A DNA stretch of 64,000 nt from an uncultured Planctomycetaceae bacterium. GTDB lineage: Bacteria; Planctomycetota; Planctomycetia; Pirellulales; Thermoguttaceae. This document shows, piece after piece, positions 20,119 through 29,466 of the stretch (the stretch's first letter is position 1; each line of letters starts with the position of its first letter). The notes under the pieces were generated by a model. The model searched no databases. It saw nothing but the letters and a program-made list of their open reading frames with translations, and was not told the DNA's origin. The stretch spans positions 54,716 through 118,715 of the forward strand of contig CAVXFB010000002.1 in the NCBI GenBank assembly GCA_963760935.1. Direction: 5' to 3'. The translations under genes and the position numbers were made by a program.

Positions 20119-20964
20119 ATGAAACAGTGGGATACAGTCGCCATCGTGGGGGTCGGATTGATCGGCGGATCGATCGGGATGGCGCTGCGCGAGAGGAAAC
20201 TTGCCAAAAACATCGTCGGCGTCGGTCGCCGCCAAGCCAGTCTCCGTGTTGCACGCCGCGTGGGCGCGGTCACCCACACCACCATTGATCTCAACAAAGG
20301 CGTGGCCGACGCCGAACTGGTCATCGTCTGCACGCCCGTCGGCCACATCGTCGATCATGTTCGTCAGGTCGCCCAACATTGCCCCGAGCGCGTGCTGATC
20401 ACCGACGCCGGCAGCACCAAGCAGGCAATCGTTGCCGCTCTCGATAGTGGCCTGGGCCACGGCTGTCGCTTTCTCGGCAGCCACCCGCTCGCCGGCAGCG
20501 AAAAAGCCGGCGCCGGCTGTGCCACGGCCGATCTGTTCGAAGGCCGCATGGCCATTCTTACGCCCACCAAGAACACCCGGGCCGAGGATTTCGATGCCCT
20601 CGAACAGTTTTGGCAATCGCTCGGCTCCGTCGTCGTGCAAATGTCGCCCGAGGAGCACGACGAAGCGCTCGCGCTGACCAGCCATCTGCCGCACGTCGCT
20701 GCCGCGGCGCTCGCCTTGACGCTGCCCGAAAAGTACTTCCGCCTGACCGGCGCCGGCATGTTGGATATGACGCGCATAGCCGCCGGCGACCCCGAACTGT
20801 GGCGGCAGATACTCCAAATGAACCGCTCGAACATTCTGAACGCGTTGGAGCAATTCGGGGCGCAATTGGCCGCCCTGCATTCTCTGCTGCGCGACGACAA
20901 ACAGGATGAAATCGTCCGCTACCTCACCCACGCCAAGAAAAACCGCGATGCTCTGGGAAGTTGA
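20119..20964 (+). CDS. tyrA: prephenate/arogenate dehydrogenase (TyrA family)
   Basis: Start at the ATG at 20119 ([20 protein letters not shown], Rossmann GxGxxG). ...[12 protein letters not shown]..., ...[16 protein letters not shown].... Confidence 0.88.
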   Translation: MKQWDTVAIVGVGLIGGSIGMALRERKLAKNIVGVGRRQASLRVARRVGAVTHTTIDLNKGVADAELVIVCTPVGHIVDHVRQVAQHCPERVLITDAGSTKQAIVAALDSGLGHGCRFLGSHPLAGSEKAGAGCATADLFEGRMAILTPTKNTRAEDFDALEQFWQSLGSVVVQMSPEEHDEALALTSHLPHVAAAALALTLPEKYFRLTGAGMLDMTRIAAGDPELWRQILQMNRSNILNALEQFGAQLAALHSLLRDDKQDEIVRYLTHAKKNRDALGS

Positions 20965-22786
20965 TATCTACGCCCGTGAAGGTCAGCCCGACCTCGGCGC
21001 CCGCGACGTGGCTACTGCCGCCGCCGAATTACATCTGGCCAACGATCTGGCCGTCACCTCCGCCCGAGGCTACCTGATCCAAGGCGATCTCGACCATAGC
21101 CAAGTCACGCGGATTGCCGACGAGCTGTTGGCCGATCGCGTGGTCGAGCGAACCATCGTTGCCGCGGCCGGCGATAGCGCCCTAACGCAACTGCCCCACG
21201 GCCATGCCCATTGGATCCATGTCCTTCCCAAGCCCGGCGTCATGGATCCCGTGGCCCAAAGCGCGATGGAGGCCATCGCCGACTTCCGCCTCCACGCCGA
21301 TGCCGTCCGCACGCTCAAAAAATACGCCGTCGGACCGCTGCCGCCCGACCGACTCGCGCTCCTGTGCTCGAAAGTGTTGGCGAACGACGCCATCGAGCAA
21401 GTGATCGTCGGGCCGCTCGACTTCCAGCACCTCGAAGTCGGCTCGCCGTATCAATTTCGCCTTGTCACCGTGCCGATCCGTGCGATGGATGACGCCGCGC
21501 TCGAACGCCTCAGCCGCGAAGGCCAACTCTTCCTCTCGTTGGTCGAAATGCAAACCATCCAGGCCCATTTTCGCTCGCTGGACCGCGACCCGACCGACGT
21601 CGAACTCGAAACCGTCGCCCAAACATGGAGCGAGCATTGCAGCCACAAAACGCTGGCCGGCCGCATCCACTACCGCGAGCCCGGCGGCGAGCGGCATTTC
21701 GACAACATGCTCAAGGAGACGATTTTCGCCGCCACGCAGAAGATCCGCAAAGACCTGGGCGACCGTGATTGGTGCGTCAGCGTCTTCGCCGACAACGCCG
21801 GTGTCATCCGCTTCGACGACCAGTACAACATCGTCTTCAAGGTCGAAACGCATAACCATCCGTCCGCCCTCGAACCCTACGGCGGCGCCAACACGGGTCT
21901 CGGCGGCGTCATCCGCGACCCGATGGGCACCGGCATGGGCGCCAAACCAATCTGCAACACCGACGTTTTCTGCTTTGCCCCGCCCGATACCCCGGCCGAC
22001 TCGCTGCCGCCCGGCGTGCTGCATCCGCGCCGCGTGATGAAAGGCGTCGTCTCCGGTGTCCGCGATTACGGCAACCGTATGGGCATTCCCACCGTTAACG
22101 GCGCCCTGTACTTTGACGAGCGCTATCTGGGCAACCCGCTGGTGTTCTGCGGCAACATCGGCCTGATTCCCCGCGACAAGTCGTTCAAGCATCCGCAGCA
22201 AGGCGACTTGATCGTTGCCCTCGGCGGTCGCACCGGCCGCGACGGAATCCACGGCGCCACCTTCAGTTCCGCCGAATTGACCAGCCAGAGCGAGACGCTC
22301 TCCGGCGGCGCCGTGCAAATCGGCAACGCCATCACCGAGAAAATGCTGTTGGATGTGCTCATGGTTGCTCGCGACCGCGGCCTCTATAGCGCCGTCACCG
22401 ACTGCGGCGCCGGCGGCTTTTCCAGCGCCGTTGGCGAAATGGGCGAAAAAATCGGCGCCGAGGTCTGGCTCGAACGCATCCCGCTCAAGTACGAGGGCCT
22501 GTCCTATACCGAAATCTGGATCTCCGAGGCCCAAGAGCGCATGGTCGTCTCTGTGCCTGAAGCGAAATGGGACGCGCTCGCCGCCTTGTGCGCCTCTGAA
22601 GGCGTCGAAGCAACCGTGATCGGCCGATTCGAGCCCACCGGCCGCCTGGTTCTGAAATACGGCGACCAACAAGTGGCCGACATCGCCATGCAGTTCCTCC
22701 ACGACGGCCGCCCGCCAGTCATTCGCGACGCCATCTACGTCCCCTCGCCTCTCCCATTGGCCGAGTGCCGGCGCAAGGACATCTCA

Positions 22787-22950
22787 CTCCCCTCTCCCTT
22801 TGGGAGAGGGGCCGGGGGTGAGGGCGTGTGCCACTGGCTCGGCCAGTGCCATCTCGGGTGCCACTGGCTTGTCCAGCAGTGCCCCTGCTGCCACTGCCAA
22901 TGCGTCCAACCCGTGTGCCACTGGCTCTGCCAGTGCCTCCGATCGTGCCA
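22787..22950. repeat. repeat insertion in the purL interdomain linker: a CCCCTCTCCC/GGGAGAGGGG/GTGAGGGC element plus three diverged GCCACTGGC...GCCAGTGCC units
   Basis: 22787-22825 matches the element family seen at 23914-23953. 22829-22950 holds three ~30-nt units related to the intergenic CAGTGG oligomer family. The first purL frame change maps here. Confidence 0.75.
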
Positions 22951-23439
22951 CAGCCTCATCCAACGGCAATTACACCGACTCGCTCCTAGCGATCCTCGGC
23001 TCGCTCAACGTTTGCAGCAAGGAGTGGGTAATCCGTCAGTACGACCACGAGGTCCAAGGCGGAAGCGTCGTCAAACCGTTGGTCGGCGTCACAAACGACG
23101 GGCCAAGCGACGCCGCAGTCGTGCGGCCCGTGCTGAACAGTCGCCGCGGAATCGTGATCTCCTGCGGCATGAACCCTCGCTACGGCGATTTCGACACCTA
23201 TTGGATGGCCGCCAGCGCGATCGACGAAGCCGTGCGCAACTGTGTGGCCGTCGGCGCCGATCCCGATCGTATCGCCATCCTCGACAATTTCTGCTGGGGC
23301 ACAACCGATCGACCCGAAACGCTCGGCTCGCTGGTCCGCGCCGCGTTGGCCTGCTATGACATGGCGATCGCGCTCGGCACGCCGTTCATCAGCGGCAAAG
23401 ACAGCCTCAACAACGAGTTCCGCCCGACCGGAAAAGCAA

Positions 23440-23518
23440 GCGGAAAAGGGGACTGTCCCCGTTTGCCTGAACGGCCCGAAGGGTGCTTGGCACCAACGGG
23501 GGCTGTCCCCTTTTCCGC
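23440..23518. repeat. 79-bp inverted-repeat element (GCGGAAAAGGGGACTGTCCCCGTTTG ... CAACGGGGGCTGTCCCCTTTTCCGC) inside purL
   Basis: The arms are nearly complementary, and each contains the GGGGAC(T/A)GTCCCC mini-palindrome seen in the lysS and hicA elements. The element is inserted between conserved [12 protein letters not shown] and [10 protein letters not shown]. The second purL frame change maps here. Confidence 0.8.
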
Positions 23519-23863
23519 GCAAACGCGCCCATCTCCATCCCGCCATCGCTCCTGATCAGCGCCCTCGGCCAAGTCGACGACGTCGGCCGTTGCGTGACGA
23601 TGGACCTCAAAGCGCCCGGCAATCTCCTCTATCTCGTCGGCCAGACGAAAGATGAACTCGGCGGCTCGCACTTTGCAATGGTCGAAGGCTTCATCGGCGG
23701 CGAAGTCCCCAAAGTCGACGCCGTGCTAGCTAAGAAGACCTTCGCCGCGATCCACAAGTCCATCACCGCCGGCCTCGTCCGCTCCTGTCACGATCTGAGC
23801 GAAGGCGGCCTCGCCGTCGCTGCTGCCGAAATGTGCTTCGCCGGCGGCCTCGGCGCCAAACTT

Positions 23864-23953
23864 CTCCTCCCCTCTCCCACCGGGAGCGGCTCCGCAGGTG
23901 AGGGCGCTTCATATCTCCCCTCTCCCTTTGGGAGAGGGGCAGGGGGTGAGGGC
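23864..23953. repeat. two tandem copies of the CCCCTCTCCC...GGGAG(A/C)GG...GTGAGGGC element inside the purL 3' part (in frame)
   Basis: Translated as [32 protein letters not shown]. This is the same reading ([13 protein letters not shown]) as the copy at 22787. Confidence 0.75.
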
Positions 23954-24472
23954 AGCGAAGCGTCCGATCCCGCCATCCTCCTCTTCAGCGAATCCAACAC
24001 CCGCTTCCTCTGCGAGATCGAACCGGCAAACGCCGCAGCCTTTGAAGCCGCCTTCGCGGCCATTCCCCACGCCCGCATCGGCGAAGTAACCGGAAGCGGC
24101 CGGTTGGAAATTCTCGCCGATTACGCGGCCGTCATTTCTGCCGACATTTCGGCGTTGAAAGCAGCATGGCAAAGCCCGTTGCAGTGGTGATTAGAACAGA
24201 CTGCACTCACGCACCAGCGTGAACATCACAGGATGCAACGAGGATATTGTTGCTCCGGAGTTGGCTCAAAGATAGAATGTGCGCGGGACAAGGGGACAAA
24301 GGGGGGCAGGCGCACTTTTTGACGCGAACTCATGATCCCAAAAATAAGCGCCTGTTCCCCACGAAAAGAACGAGACTTCGCGAAAATAGAAACTCCCGCC
24401 CCCATCATTCCTCTTTATTCCTTTCCCCCTTATTCCCGACCCGGCAGGAAACCCTGTCTCGGCTCGAATCGG

Positions 24473-24538
24473 GCACCCCGTGACTCACCCTGCGACTATG
24501 ACACCCTGTGACCGAAATGATCCCTGGCACCCTGCGAC
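24473..24538 (+). repeat. four direct repeats of CACCC(T/C)G(C/T)GAC upstream of the regulator gene
   Basis: Copies at 24473-24484, 24485-24496, 24501-24512 and 24527-24538, followed by the 12-bp palindrome GATACATGTATC at 24561-24572. Confidence 0.6.
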
Positions 24539-24701
24539 CCAGCCATGTGAGACCGAGATAGATACATGTATCGTTTCGGTGCCGAGTATCCATCCCACGA
24601 AAGCCTCACGAATGTTGCACTATTCGGAGCTAGCCCGATAATTAGCGTTAGCACACCGATACATGCTCGCCGCCCACCAATACCAGCTCGATTGCTGACG
24701 C

Positions 24702-25862
24702 ATGAGACAAGACTTCGCTGTCCGCTGTCCGCTTCCTAGATATCGCGCCGCAGAATCGCTTCGGCGGCAATTGATCGAGTACATGCTTTCGAACGGGCTT
24801 CATGAAGGCGATCCTTTCATGTCGGATCGCCAACTCATGGAGGCCGTCGGGCGGAGTCGTACGGCCGTGCGGCGAGCACTCGAACAACTGAAACGTGAAG
24901 GATGGATTGAACGGCGCGGCGGCGTCGGCACGTTTGTCGGTCCACGAATCGACATGCTCGGGTTTCAGCACGTGGCGTGTCTGCAAGGCGGAAAGCGGCT
25001 CGTTCGCCTGGCGGCCGTCGCTGCCGGATTGGGGCGGCTGCGGCATGACTGGTACAGCGGAGCGATGCTGCAAGGCATCGACGAAGCCTCGGACGAAGAA
25101 TGCATCACCGTGGAGTTGCTGGGCGATCATCACACCAAGCCAGGCGTCTTGCGCGCCGGCTAATGCATGGCCGTCCAGACGCGTTTGTTTGCCTGGGCCC
25201 GCCAATGGCTCACATTTCGGTGATTGGCGAAGCTGGCCGACTAGGCATTCCTTGTATCTTGGCGGGCATCCGCGCTAGAGCTTCGATTGCCCAACGTGTA
25301 CGAAGACAGTGTGGCCGCGGCCGCAATCGCCGTCACGCATCTGGCCGAGGCGGGTCACCGCCGGATTGGATTTGTTCAGGTGACCAGTGTCGGCTGGTGG
25401 ACGTTTGATCGTCACGAAGGCTATCTGCGTGGCTTGGTGCAGTGCGGAATCGAAGCGGACGAGGGTCTGGTGTTGTGGCTGCCTCCGGAACCCACGGTAG
25501 AAGGCTTTGAAGCTCTACGAAGCTATCTCGTCCGACAACGTCCCACGGCGGTGTTGTTCGGCTGCTGCTGGGTAGCGGCCTACCTTCAACGGCTGGTTGC
25601 GACAGGCGACTTGCGGGTTCCAGACGACCTGTCGACAGTCACCTTCGATCAACATCCCGAAGTGAAGCAATGGTGGGGCGGGGCGTGTCCTGCAACAGTC
25701 GAGTTGCCGCTACATCAAATCGGCCGTACTGTAGCCGCCATGGCGCGAAAACTTGCTGAAGGGCGCGAAGTGTCCGCCGATACGGCACTACCCTGCAAAT
25801 TCACGCGAGGCGAAACGATTCATCGATGTCGTTCCCATAGAAATAGGAGAGTAGCCTTATGA
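24702..25862 (+). pseudogene. transcriptional regulator: GntR-type wHTH fused to a LacI/PBP1-type sugar-binding domain, frame changes twice (0 -> 2 -> 0)
   Basis: 24702..25163 has the wHTH (MSDRQLMEAVGRSRTAVRRALEQLKREGWIERRGGVGTFVG). The middle part is in ORF 25100..25408 (RPDAFVCLGPPMAHISVIGEAGRLGIPCILAGI). The rest is in 25287..25862 (LPNVYEDSVAAAAIAVTHLAEAGHRRIGFV...). The switches occur at GCGCGC-type runs at ~25148-25155 and ~25271-25280. Confidence 0.75.
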
Positions 25863-27061
25863 GTACCACTCGCCGCTCGTTCATGCGTTCTTTGGGCCTC
25901 AGCTCCATTGGCACCGTTGCGATGGGTGGAGCCCTGAAGCGGGCCGCGGCGCAAACCGGCCTGGACGAAAAGATTTATGGTGCGCACGGCAACGCCACCA
26001 CCGCGAGGCCCGAAGGAGTCTGGCAGTCTGTTTCCGATCGCAAGATCCGCATCGGCATCGCGGGCGGCGGTTTTGGCTTGGCATTCGCGTTTGACAAGCA
26101 TCCCAACGCCACGGTCACAGCCGTTACTGACCTGATTCCGGGGCGTCGTCAGGCGTTGGCAAAAACATTTCGTTGTGACACCGTCTATCCGTCCCTGGAA
26201 GAAATGGTCAAGGACGACACGATTGAGGCGATCTTTGTGGCCACTGACGCTCCCGGGCATGCCCAGCACTGCATCGACGTGCTGAAACACGGCAAGTATG
26301 TGGCTTCCGCCGTGCCTGCCGTGTGGGGATCGATGGAAGACGCCTACAGACTCCTGGAAACGGTCAAATCGTGTGGGGTGGAGAAGTACATGATGTTCGA
26401 GACATCGGCCTTCCACGAGGACTGCTACGCGATGCGGCAGATCTACCGTGCGGGCGGCTTCGGCAAATTGATCTATACCGAGGGTGAGTATTATCACTAT
26501 ATGCCCAAGCCGCTCCACTCATATAAAGGTTGGCGCACTGGCTTGCCGCCACAATGGTATCCCACACATGCCGCCGGGTACTACGTCTGCGTGACCGACG
26601 GCAGCTTCACGGAAGTGTCTTGCATGGGCATGCCGAGCGTTATCGAGCATCTACAAGCCGCCAACAATCGCTACAAGAATCCGTTCGGCTCCGAGATCGC
26701 ATTGTTCAGGACAAGCGAGGGCGGGATGGCACGCATGGCCATGAGCTGGGACGTATTCGTTGCTCCTAGCGAAATCGGCCGTGTACGCGGTGAGCGCGGC
26801 ACGATGACTGAAATGGCATACAAGGGAATGGAGAATAGACTGCCGAAGCTTGGTCGTCCGCCCTTGCCGCCGGACCTCGAACCGGGCGGCCATGGCAGAT
26901 CGCACGGCCCCTTGGTGAACGAGTTCGTCACGGCGATGCTCGAAGCTCGCAAGCCGATTGTCGATATCTGCGCCGCGCTGAATATGACGGTTTCCGGCAT
27001 CGTCGCCCATCAATCGGCGTTGAAGGACGGCGAACTTCTGAAGATACCGCAATTCGCCTAA
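25859..27061 (+). CDS. Gfo/Idh/MocA family oxidoreductase with twin-arginine signal peptide
   Basis: 400 aa. The ATG overlaps the regulator stop (ATGA), with an AGGAGA SD. Tat motif TRRSFMRSLGL. Rossmann segment IRIGIAGGGFG. Confidence 0.85.
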   Translation: MSTTRRSFMRSLGLSSIGTVAMGGALKRAAAQTGLDEKIYGAHGNATTARPEGVWQSVSDRKIRIGIAGGGFGLAFAFDKHPNATVTAVTDLIPGRRQALAKTFRCDTVYPSLEEMVKDDTIEAIFVATDAPGHAQHCIDVLKHGKYVASAVPAVWGSMEDAYRLLETVKSCGVEKYMMFETSAFHEDCYAMRQIYRAGGFGKLIYTEGEYYHYMPKPLHSYKGWRTGLPPQWYPTHAAGYYVCVTDGSFTEVSCMGMPSVIEHLQAANNRYKNPFGSEIALFRTSEGGMARMAMSWDVFVAPSEIGRVRGERGTMTEMAYKGMENRLPKLGRPPLPPDLEPGGHGRSHGPLVNEFVTAMLEARKPIVDICAALNMTVSGIVAHQSALKDGELLKIPQFA

Positions 27062-27071
27062 TTGTCGACGT

Positions 27072-27123
27072 CCGGAATTCCCGGAATCCCGAATTCCTCC
27101 GAGGAGGAATTCCGGGAATTCCG
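27072..27123. terminator. GGAATTCC-rich imperfect hairpin between convergent genes (possible bidirectional terminator)
   Basis: CCGGAATTCCCGGAATCCCGAATTCCTCC-GAGG-AGGAATTCCGGGAATTCCG. The arms pair with one 7-nt bulge. Confidence 0.45.
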
Positions 27124-27199
27124 CGATTCTTGACGAGGGAAGGCGACTGTGGATTGGGTATTATGATTCTCCGTAATTCTCGGAATTCGACACTCCAGA

Positions 27200-28048
27200 T
27201 CAGAAAACCCCGTCGGCTCGGTCATAGCCCCAGTCTATCGGGGGAATAATCCTCCACGACACGTTGGGGAGATCGAATCCCTCGTACGGCAGATCAAGGC
27301 TGCGGAGCAATTGCTCGCGTTCGGCTGAAGGGAGGTCTTTTTCCGCCAGAATTGCGTGGTGAAGTTCCTTTAAGTTTCCTTCAAACTCGTGCTTTTCGAG
27401 CTTGCCGTTCTCGTCGAGGTACCGAATATGGGCCTTGAACTTGTCCTTCCCGAGGTTCTGAATCGTCATCGAATCGAAGGTTTCCTTACTCGTCTCTTTC
27501 TCGCTGGACTTGGCTTCCGGGCTCATCCTCTGCGCCATTCGCCCACGTAGCATGCGTCCCATGCCCATCGGCATGTTGCCTTGCATCATGCCACGGGGCA
27601 TGTTCCCTATGGGAGGTCCGGCACACGTCAGATCGTGACTGCCGAGGGTCACCTTGATCTGTTCCGGTTTGTCGCTGCGAAGGATGGTCAGCGTGACCTC
27701 GTGCCCAGCCTTGTCACTGCGGACGAGCCCCAGCAACTGCCGCGGCGCAAACAACTTCTGGTCACCGTAGGACATGAGGATGTCGTGTGGTTTAATGCCC
27801 GCTTTCTCTGCGGGGGAATCGGCGGCAACGGCCACGACCAGCACGCCTTGTCCCTGGTGGAACGTTTCGGGCAGGTGTTGGACGAGACTAGGATCGACAG
27901 CTTCGATCCCAACGCCCAAGTATGCCTGATGCACCACGTGCTCCGTTTTCGCCATTCCGCCTTGCTCCGCAGCGAACAGCCGCGAGGCACCGATCCACAA
28001 CACACTCACAAGCGACACCGCTAGCGCGGTCTTCCAAACCGACAACAT
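27200..28048 (-). CDS. secreted PDZ-domain protein with Met-rich linker
   Basis: 282 aa. Signal peptide, then PDZ (YLGVGIEAVD...GVLVVAVAADSPAEKAGIKPHDILMSYGDQKL...VTLTILR), then MPRGMMQGNMPMGMGRMLRGRM. Confidence 0.75.
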   Translation of the reverse strand: MLSVWKTALAVSLVSVLWIGASRLFAAEQGGMAKTEHVVHQAYLGVGIEAVDPSLVQHLPETFHQGQGVLVVAVAADSPAEKAGIKPHDILMSYGDQKLFAPRQLLGLVRSDKAGHEVTLTILRSDKPEQIKVTLGSHDLTCAGPPIGNMPRGMMQGNMPMGMGRMLRGRMAQRMSPEAKSSEKETSKETFDSMTIQNLGKDKFKAHIRYLDENGKLEKHEFEGNLKELHHAILAEKDLPSAEREQLLRSLDLPYEGFDLPNVSWRIIPPIDWGYDRADGVF

Positions 28049-28099
28049 GACATTTTCCTTTATAGAAGGGTTGTTTTACGCACCGACGAACCGTTTCGA

Positions 28100-28885
28100 T
28101 CAATGGTGGCCTAACGCAATCCATATTCTGCCGTTCGTTGCCGCGCCATTGAGTAAGATCGAGAATCCGAGCACGAGCAGAGCAACCAGCGACACAATGA
28201 TCATATTGTGGCCGAGCACGCCCAAGATTCCCAGAATCACAACTCCTATTCCAATCAATACTTGAGCCCCAGCGGCCGCTAGTGCCGCCTCGTGGGCCAC
28301 CTGGCGAAAGGCTTCGCTCTTCCCGGTGATCACACATTCGACGTGACACAACTTCGCCCTCAGACAACTGCTACACGTCAACGATGCACCAAAGACAATG
28401 ATCGCGGCGGGCACCAGAATTGGGGCTGCCACGCCAAGCAGGGCCAAGAGTCCCAATACCACCCCCACGGCGCCGGCTAGCAACTCGCCGCTCAATCCTC
28501 CCATGAGTTGCGGAGGATGGCATGCTTCGTCGGCCGTGCATAGAACCATCCTCGCGCAACGCACCATGAGCGAGCATCCTTCATCCAAAAGTGCTACGCC
28601 GACAATGATTGTCAGAATGGCGAGCATATACGGATTTTGGATCCCCGCTAGGCCGAGAATCGCCAGGATGACGGTTGCCGCGCCGGCGATGGGCTCGACA
28701 AAAGAGCTGCCCATGCCCCGGCACACCTGCCTTTCGGACTTGCCGGACTGACACGGCGTTGCACCGGCCTCTTCGCATGTCGCTGAGATTTGCGTTTCAC
28801 CACGTTCTGGTTCTGCGGTAGACATAGAAAATCCCTCCCGTAACATTGAAGATTCTTTGGCCGAGCCTGCGGCCATGGTCTCCAA
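28100..28885 (-). CDS. multi-pass membrane protein with three internal glycine-zipper TM-hairpin repeats and Cys-rich loops (unknown family)
   Basis: 261-aa ORF; start uncertain. Repeats are GAATVILAILGLAGI..., GAVGVVLGLLALLGV... and GAQVLIGIGVVILGILGVLG.... The loops contain C-x4-C and C-x2-C-x6-C-x3-C patterns. Confidence 0.55.
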   Translation of the reverse strand: METMAAGSAKESSMLREGFSMSTAEPERGETQISATCEEAGATPCQSGKSERQVCRGMGSSFVEPIAGAATVILAILGLAGIQNPYMLAILTIIVGVALLDEGCSLMVRCARMVLCTADEACHPPQLMGGLSGELLAGAVGVVLGLLALLGVAAPILVPAAIIVFGASLTCSSCLRAKLCHVECVITGKSEAFRQVAHEAALAAAGAQVLIGIGVVILGILGVLGHNMIIVSLVALLVLGFSILLNGAATNGRIWIALGHH

Positions 28886-29151
28886 CGAGTTGATTGCCTC
28901 GTCCTATTCGCCGCGACATCGGGCTGAAATCGACAACGCGCCGAATCTTATCTCCTGGAGGCATCGAAAAGAAGTCGGGAGAACCTCGAAACGTTATTGC
29001 TATATTCGTCTAACCCAGGTAGCGGGCATCTGGTGGAGGGCGTCACTTGGTGCGCAGGGCTATCGCACTAGTTTAGGTACATTGGGCTACGCTGGTCGGC
29101 GCATTTGCGGGTAGACTCCTTCGAGGACCACGAGTTCACGGAGGAATTCCC

Positions 29152-29379
29152 ATGTGCGAGGATGCCGACTCCAACCCCGAGCCGGCTCGGATTTTTATCG
29201 TTCAATTTTTTGAGGACATGCCCGATCCGCGGGCGGGTCCCAACGCCGTTCACAAACTGATCGACATCATCGTGATTGCTGTGTGTGCGGTTATCGCTGG
29301 TTGCGAAGCGTGTACCCAGATGGCCGGGCGAATAAAGGGGACATCACTGATTTATTCCCAGACGATAAAGAGGGAATAA
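29152..29379 (+). mobile_element. remnant of an ISAs1-family transposase N-terminus (truncated)
   Basis: FFEDMPDPRAGPNAVHKLIDIIVIAVCAVIAGCE matches the DDE_Tnp_1-associated N-terminal domain (F..l.DPR....h.L.dil.ia..Avl.G). No DDE catalytic domain follows; the ORF runs into a GAATAAGGG repeat. Confidence 0.6.
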
Positions 29380-29466
29380 GGGAGACAGGCGCGCTTATTG
29401 ACGAGGGAAGACGAATGTGGATTGGGTCAATCGCCGGTGCCGTCGAGCGAGCGAGCGCTGCCCGGC

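Larger units (their letters stand above)
20948..24190 (+). pseudogene. purL: phosphoribosylformylglycinamidine synthase PurS-PurS-PurL fusion, reading frame changes twice (frame 2 -> 0 -> 2)
   Basis: The ATG at 20948 overlaps the tyrA end. Two PurS-like modules come first ([20 protein letters not shown]...[12 protein letters not shown]; [21 protein letters not shown]...[14 protein letters not shown]), then PurL (SEHCSHKTL; [26 protein letters not shown]; ...). Conserved sequence continues in ORF 22800..23555 ([30 protein letters not shown]...[12 protein letters not shown]) and ORF 23483..24190 ([18 protein letters not shown]...). Both switches lie inside repeat insertions. Confidence 0.85.

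Noticed and set aside
21182-22702. 506-aa ORF on the minus strand
   Set aside because: It lies entirely antisense to the strongly conserved purL coding region. Its Ala/Gly/Arg/Val-rich composition is typical of shadow ORFs in high-GC DNA, and it has no recognisable motifs.
22735-22959. Trp/His/Gln-rich 74-aa minus-strand ORF (WQSQWHT repeats)
   Set aside because: It is a translation artefact of the GCCACTGGC/GCCAGTGCC repeat units inside the purL linker.
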